Made by a program: the position numbers and the translations under genes. Of a stretch of DNA of 64,000 nt, positions 22,976 to 33,972 are shown one piece after another. Source of the DNA: an uncultured Aliarcobacter sp. (GTDB lineage: Bacteria; Campylobacterota; Campylobacteria; Campylobacterales; Arcobacteraceae); NCBI GenBank assembly GCA_963677435.1, contig OY781945.1, positions 672,001-736,000 on the forward strand, in the 5' to 3' direction. How positions within the stretch are numbered: the stretch's first letter is position 1; the number at the start of each line of letters is the position of its first letter. The notes beneath the pieces were generated by a model. The model made no database searches and was not told the DNA's origin. It was given only the letters and a program-made list of their open reading frames with translations.

Positions 22976-23482
22976 CTATGCTTGTGTTGCTACAAAAGCA
23001 GCAATTGTTTTGTATTCAGGACCAGCTTCACCTAAAACAATAGAAGAACCATCTACTTTAAATGGAGGTACATCAAGTGGTCTTGGTGGTGGTCCAAAAG
23101 TATTTTTTGCATTAGTATTATATTCACCACCATGACATGCACATTTCCATTTGTCTTTATTCCAAGCTGGAATACATCCTAAATGAGTACATAATCCTAT
23201 AGCGATAATGTATCTATCTGATCCAATTATTAAATCTCTTGGAGATTGATCCATATCAGCAGTTTTTTTAAGTACGAATACGGGTTTCCCTCTCCATACA
23301 AAAGTTTCTGGTTCTCCAGCTTTTATAGGCGTAAGATCAACTGTAGTAAATCCTCCGGCTAAAACGCTTGGAAGTGGATCCCATGCTTGTTTCATACCAA
23401 CAAGTGAGGCCGCACCACCAACTGCAGCAACTGCAGCAAATGAGTAACCAATGAAATCTCGTCTATTTGTTTGTTTAGACAT
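22976..23482 (-). CDS. petA: Rieske iron-sulfur subunit
   Basis: Tat signal RRDF; CTHLGC and CACHG boxes. Confidence 0.97.
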   Translation of the reverse strand: MSKQTNRRDFIGYSFAAVAAVGGAASLVGMKQAWDPLPSVLAGGFTTVDLTPIKAGEPETFVWRGKPVFVLKKTADMDQSPRDLIIGSDRYIIAIGLCTHLGCIPAWNKDKWKCACHGGEYNTNAKNTFGPPPRPLDVPPFKVDGSSIVLGEAGPEYKTIAAFVATQA

Positions 23483-23654
23483 ATTTGGCTTCCTTTTTTT
23501 AAATTTAGAATTCTTGGATTATATTACCAAGTTACTTAAAAAGAATTGACTTTGTGGATATATTGAATATTTTTAAGAGATTTTTGAGAAGGAATTACAC
23601 AGTGTATATTTTTTATATAGGTTTTTAAATTTATAAAATAATTATTAGAGAATC

Positions 23655-25136
23655 TTATGATTCTCTAATAAACTTTACAATTTCAGTTTCAATATTATGT
23701 TTTTCTATTACAGAAGAATGATTTATTTTTGCATTAAATAACTCTTTTATACTTTCAACCAATGTTGCTTGGTATTTTGTTGAAATTTCTTCTAAGGCCT
23801 CTTTATCAGAGTATTTGTTATTGTCTTGTTTTAATGCATTTAATACTGTTGGTGAGAATTTTGTCCATTCAGCAGTTGAATAAATAACTGTTTTTAATGG
23901 TTTTTCTCTTAAGTCATTATAAGCTTTAATACAAGTTGCAGTATGTGGATCCATTAAGTAGCCAATGTCAAGAAACTCTTTTATTGTTTTAGTACCAAAA
24001 GTATCATTTGAATCAATAGCTGAAAAATATTTTTTTATAGTTTCTGTTTCTATTTTACTCATCTCAAAAATATTATTCTTATTTAAATTTTCCATTAACT
24101 CTTTTGTTCGTTCTGCTCCAAAGAATGAATATATAACTCTTTCAATATTTGAAGATTTTAAAATATCCATAGCAGGTGATTTTGTAAGTTTTAACTCTTT
24201 ACCTCTAATATCATAAACTCCTGTATTAATCCATTGAGTTAAAATATTATTTTCATTAGATGCTACTAAAAGTTTTTCAATTGGAACTCCCATTTGAAGT
24301 GCATAAAATCCACCTAAAACATTTCCAAAGTTTCCAGATGGAACAACTAAATAAATCTTCTCTGCAAATGTAATCTCCTCTTGTTTTAAAAGTTGGATAT
24401 ATGACCAAAAATGATAAATGATTTGGAAAATAATTCTTCCAAAATTTACAGAATTTGCAGCACTAAGTTTAATATTGTCTTTTTCTAATTCATCTTTAAA
24501 AGTTTTAGAAGCCAAAAGTGTTTTTAGTGCATTTTGTGCATCATCAAAATTTCCTTTTATTCCTAAAACTTTTAGGTTTTTTCCATTTTCACAAACCATT
24601 TGAAGTCTTTGAACATCACTTGTTCCACCATCTGGATATAAACAAACTACTTGAATATTTTCTTTGTTTTTAAAAGTATTAAGAGCTGCTGGCCCTGTAT
24701 CTCCACTAGTTGCAGCAAGGATTAAATATTTTTCATCTCTTTTTTTTGCAATTGATGAAAGAATTGAACCAAAAGGTTGTAGTGCCATATCTTTAAAAGC
24801 CCTTGTTGGACCATGATATTGTTCATGTACAAATAAATCATCTTTAACTTTTACAACTGGACAAGGATTTGAAGCATCATCAAAATTGTCATATAAAGCT
24901 AAGGCTTTATTTATTTCATTTTCATCAATGTCAATTTCAAATGCTTTTAATATGTCAAAAGCAAGTTCTTTATAAGAAGAGTTAATATGATTTAAAATAA
25001 AGTTATCTTCTAATTTTGGTAAACTTTTTGGTACATATAATCCACCAAATGATGTACTTGGATTTAGTATTGCTTCACTAAATGGTACTTCAATTGGTTT
25101 AATACCATCATTTCCTCTTGTTTCAATAAAATTCAT
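23655..25136 (-). CDS. thrC: Threonine synthase
   Basis: HGPTRAFKD (PLP lysine), ATSGDTG, NSVNFGR, VPSGNFGN. Confidence 0.96.
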   Translation of the reverse strand: MNFIETRGNDGIKPIEVPFSEAILNPSTSFGGLYVPKSLPKLEDNFILNHINSSYKELAFDILKAFEIDIDENEINKALALYDNFDDASNPCPVVKVKDDLFVHEQYHGPTRAFKDMALQPFGSILSSIAKKRDEKYLILAATSGDTGPAALNTFKNKENIQVVCLYPDGGTSDVQRLQMVCENGKNLKVLGIKGNFDDAQNALKTLLASKTFKDELEKDNIKLSAANSVNFGRIIFQIIYHFWSYIQLLKQEEITFAEKIYLVVPSGNFGNVLGGFYALQMGVPIEKLLVASNENNILTQWINTGVYDIRGKELKLTKSPAMDILKSSNIERVIYSFFGAERTKELMENLNKNNIFEMSKIETETIKKYFSAIDSNDTFGTKTIKEFLDIGYLMDPHTATCIKAYNDLREKPLKTVIYSTAEWTKFSPTVLNALKQDNNKYSDKEALEEISTKYQATLVESIKELFNAKINHSSVIEKHNIETEIVKFIRES

Positions 25137-25147
25137 AATATTCCTTC

Positions 25148-26047
25148 TTAATCGTTTAGTAATTTTTCCATATCAATCCCATTATTTGGATTGTCTTTTC
25201 TTACGAATTGTGTCCCAATTCCATCACTTGTAAATAACTCAAGTAAAATTGAGTGTTCAACTCGTCCATCTATTATGTGAGCTTTATTTACACCATTATA
25301 AATTGCATCAATACACGAATCAACTTTTGGAATCATGCCACCTGCAATTGTTCCATCTAGTTTATATCTTTCAACATCATCCTTATCTAAAGATGTTATT
25401 AGTTCTTTATTTTTATCTAAAACACCAATAGTGTCAGTTAAAAATAGTACTTTTTGTGCTCCAATTGCAGCTGCAATTTCACAAGCTGCAACATCAGCAT
25501 TTATATTAAATCCTGGATGATTTGGTTCAGCACTATCAGCAATTGGGGCAATTACAGGAATGAAACCTTCTTTGATAAGATTATTAATCATAGTTCCATT
25601 TACTTTTGTAATCTCACCTGTGTAACCAAATCTTCCTCCATCTTTTGGAACAGCATTTATTAAAGCTGAATCTTTTCCTGAAATTCCAATAGCTTTTGCT
25701 CCATGATGATTTAATAAAGATGTAATATTTTTATTGATTTCACCACTTAAAACCATTTCGACAACTCTCATACTATCTTCACAAGTAACCCTGTGTCCAT
25801 CAACAAAGTGTGAAGGAATTTCTAATTTAGTTAATAATTCAGTAATTCTAGCCCCACCACCGTGAACAATTACAGGTTTTATTCCTAAAAGTGAAAGAAA
25901 AACAATATCTTGAGCAAATTTTTCTTTTAAATCAGGGCTTGTTTGTGCTGAGCCACCATATTTAATAACAATAACTTTTCCGAAAAATTTTTTAATATAT
26001 GGTATTGCATCAAGTAGAGTTTGAACTTTTTGATGTTTATTTTGCAT
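25148..26047 (-). CDS. argB: Acetylglutamate kinase (299 aa; start reassigned to ATG at 26047)
   Basis: VIKYGG, VHGGG, NINAD, GGMIPKV. AGGA SD precedes 26047. The longer ORF start at 26227 overlaps addA. Confidence 0.95.
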   Translation of the reverse strand: MQNKHQKVQTLLDAIPYIKKFFGKVIVIKYGGSAQTSPDLKEKFAQDIVFLSLLGIKPVIVHGGGARITELLTKLEIPSHFVDGHRVTCEDSMRVVEMVLSGEINKNITSLLNHHGAKAIGISGKDSALINAVPKDGGRFGYTGEITKVNGTMINNLIKEGFIPVIAPIADSAEPNHPGFNINADVAACEIAAAIGAQKVLFLTDTIGVLDKNKELITSLDKDDVERYKLDGTIAGGMIPKVDSCIDAIYNGVNKAHIIDGRVEHSILLELFTSDGIGTQFVRKDNPNNGIDMEKLLND

Positions 26048-26127
26048 ATCTATAATCCTAAGTGATTTTTGAGTGCTGATTATATCTAAAAGAATCTTAT
26101 TAATAAAAGATTTAGTATCATTAGGCC

Positions 26128-28860
26128 ATGAAAAAATACTTAGCCCTAAAAGCCAGCGCAGGAAGTGGAAAGACTTTTGCCTTAACTGTTCGATATATAA
26201 CACTAATGTTACTTGGTGCAAAACCAAATGAAATTTTAACTCTTACATTTACAAATAAAGCTGCAAATGAAATGAGTGAGCGAATTTATAAAACTCTTTT
26301 AACTTTAGGTGATGATGAAGCATATTTAAGTGCAATTGTTGAACAATCAAGTTTAACAAAACAAGATATTCTTGGTAAAAAAAGTTTTTTAATTAAATCA
26401 TTTTCAAATGCAACTTTATCTATTTTTACAATTGATAAATTTATAAATAAAATCTTACGAGAATTTTGTGGATATATTGGAATATCAGATGATTTTGAGA
26501 TAAAAGTTGATGATATTGAAGCTTTAAGTATGAAGTTTTTACAATCATTAAATGCAACTCAATTTGAAACTTTGATTGATTTTTCCCACTACGAAAAAAA
26601 GAAATTTAATTCAATTTTTGAATTATTCAAAAACCTACTTGAAAAAAATGAAACAGTTGATATTTTAAATATTGATGCAAAACTTATTGATTTACAAAAA
26701 CAAAATGTTTTAGAGTTTGCTTTTAAAATAAAAGAGCAAATTTTAAATTGTAATGGTGCAAGTGCCAGTGCAATTAAAGCTGTTGATTTTGAAACTTTTG
26801 ATGAATTATTTGGAAGAACTTGGCTTGAAAAAGATACCTTAGCTGATTATTCATATTTTAAAAAATGTGCAAATGAGACAATAGAATCATATTTTTCTAA
26901 TTTAAAAGATGAAATAGCGATTTATTATAAATTACGAGCTGGATATAGTTTGAGTAAATTATTTGAGCTTTATTTGATGTTTAAAGATTTTAAATTTACT
27001 TTTAACAAAAATAAAAACTATTTAGAATTTAATGACATTTCAAATTTAGTTTATGAATTGCTATCTACAAAAATTGATAAAGATTTTTTATATTTTAGAC
27101 TTGATTCATCTTTTTCACATATTTTGATGGATGAGTTTCAAGATACTTCACTTTTACAATATAAAATCTTAGAGCCATTAATAAAAGAGATACTTGCAGG
27201 TGATCAAACTAAATTCAAAACATTTTTTTATGTGGGAGACACAAAACAATCAATTTATAGGTTTCGTGGGGGGAAAAGAGAACTTTTTGATTATGTAGCA
27301 AATACAAATAAACTACTTGAAGTTGAAGTATTAAATACAAATTATCGCTCGTGCGAAAATATAATCTCTTATGTAAATTCTTTATTTTTAAATATTCCAA
27401 ATTATGAATATTTTGAGCAAGAGTCAGTTACGAAAGGTGGATATATTGAAGTTATTGTTGATGAAAAACTTGATGAAGATGATAAATATGAAAATATCGC
27501 TTCAAAAATTGCTCAGCTTTTAAAAGAGGGTGTAAACTCAAATGATATTGCAATCTTAACTTATACAAACGATGATGTTTTAAATCTATATTATTATTTA
27601 AAACAAAAATTCCCATCTTTGAAAATATCAACAGAGATGACTTCAAAACTTATAAATCAGCAAAATGTAAAAGCCATAATTAATGCAATTAAATATCTTT
27701 ATTTTAAAGAAGAGATTTACAAAGAGAATCTAAATGCACTAATAGGAAAGCCAATATTAAATGAGCTTGATTTAGCAATAGAATTGGAAGAAAAATCAAT
27801 TCAAGAAGTTATAAAAGAGTTAGCAAGTAAACTAAAAATCATTGATGAAAATATAATTAAGCTAATTGAAGTTAGTTCAGTTTTTTCTAATATTGTTGAT
27901 TTTGTATATGAAATTGATAAATTAGATTCTAATATGGAAAACTCTGAATCAGTTGGGCTTCAAATTTTAACTATTTTTAAATCAAAAGGTTTAGAGTTTA
28001 ATACTGTAATTATGCTTGATAGAATTAAAAGAAAGAATGTAGATAAATCTTCACTTTTATTTGAGTATGAAAGTGTGCAATTAAAAAATATTTTTTATAA
28101 AATCAAAGGTTATGAAAACTATAACAAAGATTATGAAAAAGCACTCTCAAAAGAGAAAGCTTTGAGTATTGAAGATGAGATAAATATTTTATATGTGGCA
28201 TTAACCAGAGCTAAAAATAATATGATTATTTTCAAAAAAGCAAAATCTTCAGTTTTTGATGTTTTAAATATGAAACCTACACAAATTGGAACTATTATTC
28301 AAAGTCAAAATATTTCGAAAAACTATGAAAAAATAGAAAAAGTTTTATATGTGCCAATGGATTTAGGAACTCAAGAAAAACAGATTTCTAAAGAAAAAGA
28401 GTTTGATGAAAATCATCTAAAAGCCAAATATTTTGGACTTGCAACTCACTATTGTCTTGAAATGATGAATGAATTTAATAGTGATAACTTGTTATATTCT
28501 TTAAATTTAGCAAAAACTAGATATTCAAACTTTTTAGATGAGATAGACTTTCTTGATATAAAAAATAGATTGTCTTTATTGGTAAAAAATGAGCAATTTC
28601 TTTCACTTATTAAAGATAGTGAGTTTATAACGGAACAATCTTTAGTTTATAAAGAGGAGATAAAAATTATTGATTTACTTCTTTTCAAAGATGGAAACTA
28701 TTATATTATTGATTATAAAACTACAAAAGATAGACATGTTGAGCATATAGCACAAGTTGCCTTTTACAAAAAAGCTATAAAAGATATTTTTCAAACACAA
28801 AATGTTTTTTCTTATTTGCTTTATTTGCAATCAAATGAAGTGCTGATTAGTGAAGTTTAA
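26128..28860 (+). CDS. addA: AddA/RecB-like helicase-nuclease
   Basis: ASAGSGKT, TFTNKAA, DEFQDT, VGDTKQSIYRFRG, YVALTRA; C-terminal IDLL...IIDYKT nuclease domain. Confidence 0.92.
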   Translation: MKKYLALKASAGSGKTFALTVRYITLMLLGAKPNEILTLTFTNKAANEMSERIYKTLLTLGDDEAYLSAIVEQSSLTKQDILGKKSFLIKSFSNATLSIFTIDKFINKILREFCGYIGISDDFEIKVDDIEALSMKFLQSLNATQFETLIDFSHYEKKKFNSIFELFKNLLEKNETVDILNIDAKLIDLQKQNVLEFAFKIKEQILNCNGASASAIKAVDFETFDELFGRTWLEKDTLADYSYFKKCANETIESYFSNLKDEIAIYYKLRAGYSLSKLFELYLMFKDFKFTFNKNKNYLEFNDISNLVYELLSTKIDKDFLYFRLDSSFSHILMDEFQDTSLLQYKILEPLIKEILAGDQTKFKTFFYVGDTKQSIYRFRGGKRELFDYVANTNKLLEVEVLNTNYRSCENIISYVNSLFLNIPNYEYFEQESVTKGGYIEVIVDEKLDEDDKYENIASKIAQLLKEGVNSNDIAILTYTNDDVLNLYYYLKQKFPSLKISTEMTSKLINQQNVKAIINAIKYLYFKEEIYKENLNALIGKPILNELDLAIELEEKSIQEVIKELASKLKIIDENIIKLIEVSSVFSNIVDFVYEIDKLDSNMENSESVGLQILTIFKSKGLEFNTVIMLDRIKRKNVDKSSLLFEYESVQLKNIFYKIKGYENYNKDYEKALSKEKALSIEDEINILYVALTRAKNNMIIFKKAKSSVFDVLNMKPTQIGTIIQSQNISKNYEKIEKVLYVPMDLGTQEKQISKEKEFDENHLKAKYFGLATHYCLEMMNEFNSDNLLYSLNLAKTRYSNFLDEIDFLDIKNRLSLLVKNEQFLSLIKDSEFITEQSLVYKEEIKIIDLLLFKDGNYYIIDYKTTKDRHVEHIAQVAFYKKAIKDIFQTQNVFSYLLYLQSNEVLISEV

Positions 28861-29426
28861 ACAAAATATCTAATTGAAGCAAAACCATAGGCTTTTGTTT
28901 CAGATATTTGTTCTATTTGGTTTTCATTTATAATTCCACCAAGAGCAAAGATATTTATATTTTTAAAAGCATTTACAGCCTTTTTTAAAGTAATTATTCC
29001 TTTTGGTTCACCTTTATTTGGTGTTTCAAAAATAGGTGAAAAAGTAACTGCATCTGCTTTATTATCTAAAGCCATTTGAATATCACTTAAACTATGACAT
29101 GAAATAATTATATATAAACCAAGTTCTTTTGCCTCTTTTATTTTATCAAATTGAGTAGAAGTTAAATGAACACCGTTTGCTTTTAATTCATGTGAAAGAA
29201 AATAATTTCCATTCAAAAGTATTTTTTCAACATTGAATTTTTTGCAAGTTTCAATAAATATCAAAGCTAACTCTTTAAAATTTGAAGACTCTTTATCTCT
29301 AAAACAAGCTAAGTTTATTTTGTGATTTTTCAAAACTTTTGTTAAATTATTTTTGAATGATTCTATATTGTTTGAGTAATATTGTGGATCTGTAATTAGA
29401 TAGCTTTTTAAATTATGATTATTCAT
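28857..29426 (-). CDS. Thiamine phosphate synthase (ThiE/TenI family)
   Basis: YLIT, RDK, GVHL, SCHS, SPIFETPNK, ALGGI. Confidence 0.85.
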   Translation of the reverse strand: MNNHNLKSYLITDPQYYSNNIESFKNNLTKVLKNHKINLACFRDKESSNFKELALIFIETCKKFNVEKILLNGNYFLSHELKANGVHLTSTQFDKIKEAKELGLYIIISCHSLSDIQMALDNKADAVTFSPIFETPNKGEPKGIITLKKAVNAFKNINIFALGGIINENQIEQISETKAYGFASIRYFV

Positions 29427-29456
29427 AATAGAAGAATTCCTTATTTAAAGATATAA

Positions 29457-29490
29457 AAAAAGGGAATAAGTAAAAACTTATTCCCTTTTT
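29457..29490 (-). terminator. Intrinsic terminator after atpB
   Basis: aaaaagggaataagt / acttattcccttttt 15-bp stem. Confidence 0.8.
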
Positions 29491-29508
29491 AATAGAAACT
29501 AAATTAAA

Positions 29509-30195
29509 TTAGTGTTCTTCGTGTTCCATCATAACAGAACCAGCAATATAAACATAAGTTAATATACTGAAAATAAACGCTTGTAAGAAACCAAACGCTG
29601 TTAATAAGAAAAATCCTGGTAATGGTAATAACCAAGGTACTAACATTAAAAGTACCATAAGGAACATATCATCACCTCTGATTGATCCAAAAAGTCTGAA
29701 TGATAATGAAATAATTCTTGATAAATGAGAAATAATTTCAATAGGGAACATTAAAGGAGCAAGAATAGCCATTGGTCCCATAAAATGTTTAAAATAAGCT
29801 ACAAAACCATTTTTCTTAATACCAACATAATTGTAATAAACAAATACAATTAATGCTAATGATAAAGTAAAGTTAATGTTACTTGTTGGAGCTTCAAATC
29901 CAGGAATAACTCCCATCATGTTACTTACGAAAATAACAATAGCTAAAGATGCAATTAATGGCATATATGTTCTAGCATTTTGCTCACCCATTGTATCTGT
30001 TCCCATTTTGATGATACCACCAATAAATGTTTCCATTACATTTTGTGCACCAGTTGGAACTAATTGCATTTTTCTTGTCGCAGCTCTTGCAATTAAAAAA
30101 ATAATACCAAGCACTAAAATATAGTGCGATAAGATGATCCACTCTTGACCGTGCCCACCAATTAGACCCAAGAATGTAAACAGTCTTCCTTCCAT
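29509..30195 (-). CDS. atpB: ATP synthase F0 subunit a
   Basis: PTGAQN, PTSNIN, IEIISHLSRIISLSFRLFG, LQAFIFSILT. Confidence 0.97.
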   Translation of the reverse strand: MEGRLFTFLGLIGGHGQEWIILSHYILVLGIIFLIARAATRKMQLVPTGAQNVMETFIGGIIKMGTDTMGEQNARTYMPLIASLAIVIFVSNMMGVIPGFEAPTSNINFTLSLALIVFVYYNYVGIKKNGFVAYFKHFMGPMAILAPLMFPIEIISHLSRIISLSFRLFGSIRGDDMFLMVLLMLVPWLLPLPGFFLLTAFGFLQAFIFSILTYVYIAGSVMMEHEEH

Positions 30196-30286
30196 GTTCT
30201 TCCTTTGTTTTGTTCTACTACATACTAAATTATGCCTGCATTATAATATTTATTTTCTAAAATCTTTCTAAAGATAATAAATTAAC

Positions 30287-31507
30287 TTAGATTTGCTTAA
30301 ATCTATAACCACTTTGTTTCAAATTTTCCCTTATTAGTTCTTGGTGTTCTTCACCTTTTGTTTCAAGGGCAATTGTTACATGTGCTTCACCAAAGTCCAG
30401 TTTTACCGACTTTCTGTCATAATCTATTTGTACAATGTTTGCCGAACTTTTTGTGAAAACTTCTGTTAAGTGCATTAATGCACCTGGTTTATCCATAAGT
30501 GTTACGATTAGATTCATTTTTCTATTTGATTTTACTAAACCTTTTTCTATAATCAAAGATAACATAGTAACATCAATATTTCCACCACTTACGATTGCAC
30601 AAACTTTTGAATTTTTAACATCAATTTTTTTATGCATAAGTGCAGCAGTAGCAACTGCACCTGCACCTTCAACAACAAGTTTGTGTTTTTCTAATAAAAA
30701 TAAAATTGCATTTGCAGTTTCATTATCTGTAACTTCAACTACTTCATCAACATAATCTAAAATAATATCAAGTAGTTTTGGTGTTACATCTCGAACTGCA
30801 ATCCCGTCTGCAATTGTTCTTACTGATACTGAATCAATTGGCATTCTAGCTTCGAATGAATCTTTCATTCCCCTTGCTCCACTAGCAACTACTCCTACAA
30901 TTCTAATATTAGGATTTATAGTTTTTGCAGCAATTGCAATTCCAGAGATTAAACCACCTCCACCTATTGGGACAATAATTTGCTCTATGTCTGCTATCTC
31001 ATCTAAAATTTCTAAAGTTATTGTTCCTTGTCCAGCAATTACAGCATCATCTGCAAAGGGATGAATGAACTCTTTTTTATTTTCAGTTGCAAATTTTGTT
31101 GCAGCTTGATAAGCTTCATCAAAATTTTCACCAATTAAAACAACTTCCGCACCATAAGATTTAACACCAGATACTTTTGTAAGAGGAGTTGCTTCTGGCA
31201 TAAATATTGTAGCTTCACATCCAAAGTATTGTGCTGCAAAAGCCAAACCTTGTGCATGGTTTCCAGCACTTGCTGCAACTACACCTGCATCTTTTTGCTC
31301 TTTATTTAAAGAGGCAACTTTATTAAATGCACCTCTTAATTTAAAACTTCCTGTTAATTGTAGGTTCTCTTTTTTTAAGAAAATTTCTGCATTTAACTCC
31401 TTGCTTAAAATTGGAGCTTTTGCAATTGGAGTATTTATTGCTATATTTTCAATATTTTTTCTTGCTTCTTTTATATTGTTAAGTGTTATCATGATTTCTT
31501 TTCTCAT
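30287..31507 (-). CDS. ilvA: Threonine ammonia-lyase with C-terminal ACT domain (alternative start at 31492)
   Basis: ENLQLTGSFKLRGA, SAGNHAQG, PIGGGGL, SGGNID. Confidence 0.93.
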   Translation of the reverse strand: MRKEIMITLNNIKEARKNIENIAINTPIAKAPILSKELNAEIFLKKENLQLTGSFKLRGAFNKVASLNKEQKDAGVVAASAGNHAQGLAFAAQYFGCEATIFMPEATPLTKVSGVKSYGAEVVLIGENFDEAYQAATKFATENKKEFIHPFADDAVIAGQGTITLEILDEIADIEQIIVPIGGGGLISGIAIAAKTINPNIRIVGVVASGARGMKDSFEARMPIDSVSVRTIADGIAVRDVTPKLLDIILDYVDEVVEVTDNETANAILFLLEKHKLVVEGAGAVATAALMHKKIDVKNSKVCAIVSGGNIDVTMLSLIIEKGLVKSNRKMNLIVTLMDKPGALMHLTEVFTKSSANIVQIDYDRKSVKLDFGEAHVTIALETKGEEHQELIRENLKQSGYRFKQI

Positions 31508-31559
31508 TTTTTTTGTGATGTTATCTAAAAAAAGTTTTAGTATTATTAAAACTTTTTTT

Positions 31560-31581
31560 AAATAGAGCCAAAGCTCTATTT
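31560..31581 (-). terminator. Terminator after metE
   Basis: aaatagagc / gctctattt stem overlapping the metE stop codon. Confidence 0.6.
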
Positions 31582-33849
31582 ATTTTCTCCTTTTTTTATA
31601 ATTTGTACTGCTTCAACCATGTTTTTTAGACTCTGTTTAACTTCTGGCCATTTTCTTGTTTTTAATCCACAATCTGGATTTATCCATAACTGTTCTTTTG
31701 GTAAAACTTCAAGTAATGATTTTATTTGATTTACCATTTCTTGAACACTTGGAACTCTAGGAGAGTGAATATCATAAATTCCAGGACCAACTTCTTGTTT
31801 ATAAGCTACTTCTTTAAAAATTCTTAAAAGTCTGTTTCCACTTCTTGCTGTTTCAATTGAAATAACATCAGCATCCATAGCTTCAATAGTTTTTATAATA
31901 TCATTAAACTCACTATAACACATATGTGTATGAATTTGCGTATCAATTTTTGAAGTACTCACACTTAATCTAAAGTTTTCAACTGCCCATTGTGCATAAT
32001 TTTTCATATTTTCAGCTCTTAAAGGATAACCTTCTTTAAAAGCAGCTTCATCAACTTGAATCATTTTAATTCCAGCATTTTGCAAATCATCTACTTCTTT
32101 TGCAATGGCAAGGGCTATTTGAGAAGCCACTTCACTTCTTGAAATGTCATCTCTTACAAATGACCAGTTTAAAATAGTAACTGGTCCTGTTAACATTCCT
32201 TTTACTACTTTTGAAGTTTTACTTTGAGCATATTTAATCCACTCAACAGTCATTGGATTTTCTCTGTTTACATCTCCATAAATTAAAGGTGGTTTTACGC
32301 ATCTACTTCCATAAGATTGAACCCAAGCATTTTGAGTGAATGCAAATCCATCTAACATCTCACCAAAATATTCAACCATGTCATTTCTTTCAGGTTCACC
32401 ATGCACTAAAACATCAAGTCCAATCTCTTCTTGAAAAGCAATACAATCATCTATATATTTTTTTATCTCTTTTTCATATTCATCTTTTGAAATTAGATTT
32501 GCTTTGTAATTTTTTCTATTTTCTCTAATTTCTGGTGTTTGGGGAAATGAGCCAATTGTTGTAGTTGTTAGATAATCATAATTAAAAAACTCTCTTTGAA
32601 CTTTTATTCTATCTTCAAATTTATCAGCTCTTTGACAAACTTTTAGATTTTTTATCTCATTTTGAATTTCTAGATTATGAATCTTAGTAGATGTTTTTCT
32701 TTGATTATTATCTTCAATATTTTTTTTGATAATTGAAATTTCATCTAAATTTAGTTTAAAAGCAAAAAACTCTTTACTTACTAGTTTTAATTCATTTAGT
32801 TTTTCACAAGCAAAGGCTAACCAAGATTTTAACTCTTTATCTAAATTATCTTCGTATTTTAAAGAAAAAGGAACATGAAGAAGAGAACAAGATGTTGAAA
32901 TAATCAAATTCTCTTTATCTATAATTTTTGTTATCTCATCTAGAAGATTTAGTTTATCTTTGAAATTACTTTTCCAAATGTTTCTTCCATCAATAACACC
33001 AGCAATTAAGATTTTATTCGAGTTTTTTATATATTCTAAACTTTCAAAGTTTTTAACTCCATAAATAAAATCTAAACCAAGAGCCCAAATTGGCGTATTT
33101 ACCAATATTTTTGTTGCTTCATTTGAGTGTTCAAAATAACTTGTAACAACAATTTTAATATTTGAGGCTGTATTTGCAAGTGTTTCATAAACTGGTTTGA
33201 TTAAAGATAAAACTTTTGAATCTAAATCTTTTACAAATAATGGTTCATCAAATTGAACAACAATTTCTTCGTCTAATTTTGATATTTCTAACAATAGACT
33301 TTTATAAGTATTAACAACACTATTTATATGTAAATAAACATCACTATTATCAACACTTTTTGATAAACCTAAATATGTAATTGCTCCAATTAAATTGATT
33401 TTTGTTTTAACACCTAATTCACGAGCTTCTTTATACTCTTGGATTACTTTTTTACTATTTAGTTTAAAAGTAGTCTCTTTTGAGATTTCAGGAACAATAT
33501 AATGATAGTTTGTATTAAACCATTTTGTCATTTCCATTGCAACGCAAGTTTCATTTCCCCTTGCCATTGCAAAATATAACTCTTCATCTTTTAGATTTTC
33601 AAATCTTTTTGGAATTGCTCCTAATAATATAGAAGTATCTAACATATTGTCATAATATGAAAAATCATTTGAAGAGATAAAATCAACTTTTGCCTCTTTT
33701 TGATAATTCCAATGTCTTTTTCTTAGTTGACTAGCTAAATATTCAACTTCACTAAAATCATTTTGATTTGCCCAGTATTTTTCTAAAACTTTTTTAAGTT
33801 CTCTTTTTTCTCCAATTCTTGGAAATCCTATTACATAATTTTTTTGCAT
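31576..33849 (-). CDS. metE: Cobalamin-independent methionine synthase
   Basis: GFPRIG, MTKWFNTNYHY, TTTIGSFPQT, HTHMC, NPDCGLKTR. Confidence 0.98.
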   Translation of the reverse strand: MQKNYVIGFPRIGEKRELKKVLEKYWANQNDFSEVEYLASQLRKRHWNYQKEAKVDFISSNDFSYYDNMLDTSILLGAIPKRFENLKDEELYFAMARGNETCVAMEMTKWFNTNYHYIVPEISKETTFKLNSKKVIQEYKEARELGVKTKINLIGAITYLGLSKSVDNSDVYLHINSVVNTYKSLLLEISKLDEEIVVQFDEPLFVKDLDSKVLSLIKPVYETLANTASNIKIVVTSYFEHSNEATKILVNTPIWALGLDFIYGVKNFESLEYIKNSNKILIAGVIDGRNIWKSNFKDKLNLLDEITKIIDKENLIISTSCSLLHVPFSLKYEDNLDKELKSWLAFACEKLNELKLVSKEFFAFKLNLDEISIIKKNIEDNNQRKTSTKIHNLEIQNEIKNLKVCQRADKFEDRIKVQREFFNYDYLTTTTIGSFPQTPEIRENRKNYKANLISKDEYEKEIKKYIDDCIAFQEEIGLDVLVHGEPERNDMVEYFGEMLDGFAFTQNAWVQSYGSRCVKPPLIYGDVNRENPMTVEWIKYAQSKTSKVVKGMLTGPVTILNWSFVRDDISRSEVASQIALAIAKEVDDLQNAGIKMIQVDEAAFKEGYPLRAENMKNYAQWAVENFRLSVSTSKIDTQIHTHMCYSEFNDIIKTIEAMDADVISIETARSGNRLLRIFKEVAYKQEVGPGIYDIHSPRVPSVQEMVNQIKSLLEVLPKEQLWINPDCGLKTRKWPEVKQSLKNMVEAVQIIKKGENK

Positions 33850-33915
33850 AATTAATCCTTTTTAATGCGTCCATAAAATGGAACTTAAGAATAATTGCCA
33901 ACTTTTACAAGTAGC

Positions 33916-33944
33916 AAAAACTAAAGGCTTTTAAAAATAAAGCC
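33916..33944 (-). terminator. Candidate attenuator/terminator between the upstream ORF and metE
   Basis: Minus strand reads GGCTTT-attttta-AAAGCC followed by TTTAGTTTTT. Confidence 0.45.
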
Positions 33945-33972
33945 ATAACAACAGATATAAAATTTTGATTAA

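Noticed and set aside
26048..26227. 60-aa N-terminal extension of ArgB overlapping addA
   Set aside because: ORF-caller artefact: an SD-preceded ATG at 26047 gives a normal-length ArgB.
27268..27273. G6 tract in addA as a phase-variation site
   Set aside because: Too short, in frame, and encodes the conserved FRGG helicase motif.
26128..30195. addA without addB and atpB without the other atp genes
   Set aside because: Dispersal of these genes is known in Campylobacterota and is not unusual.
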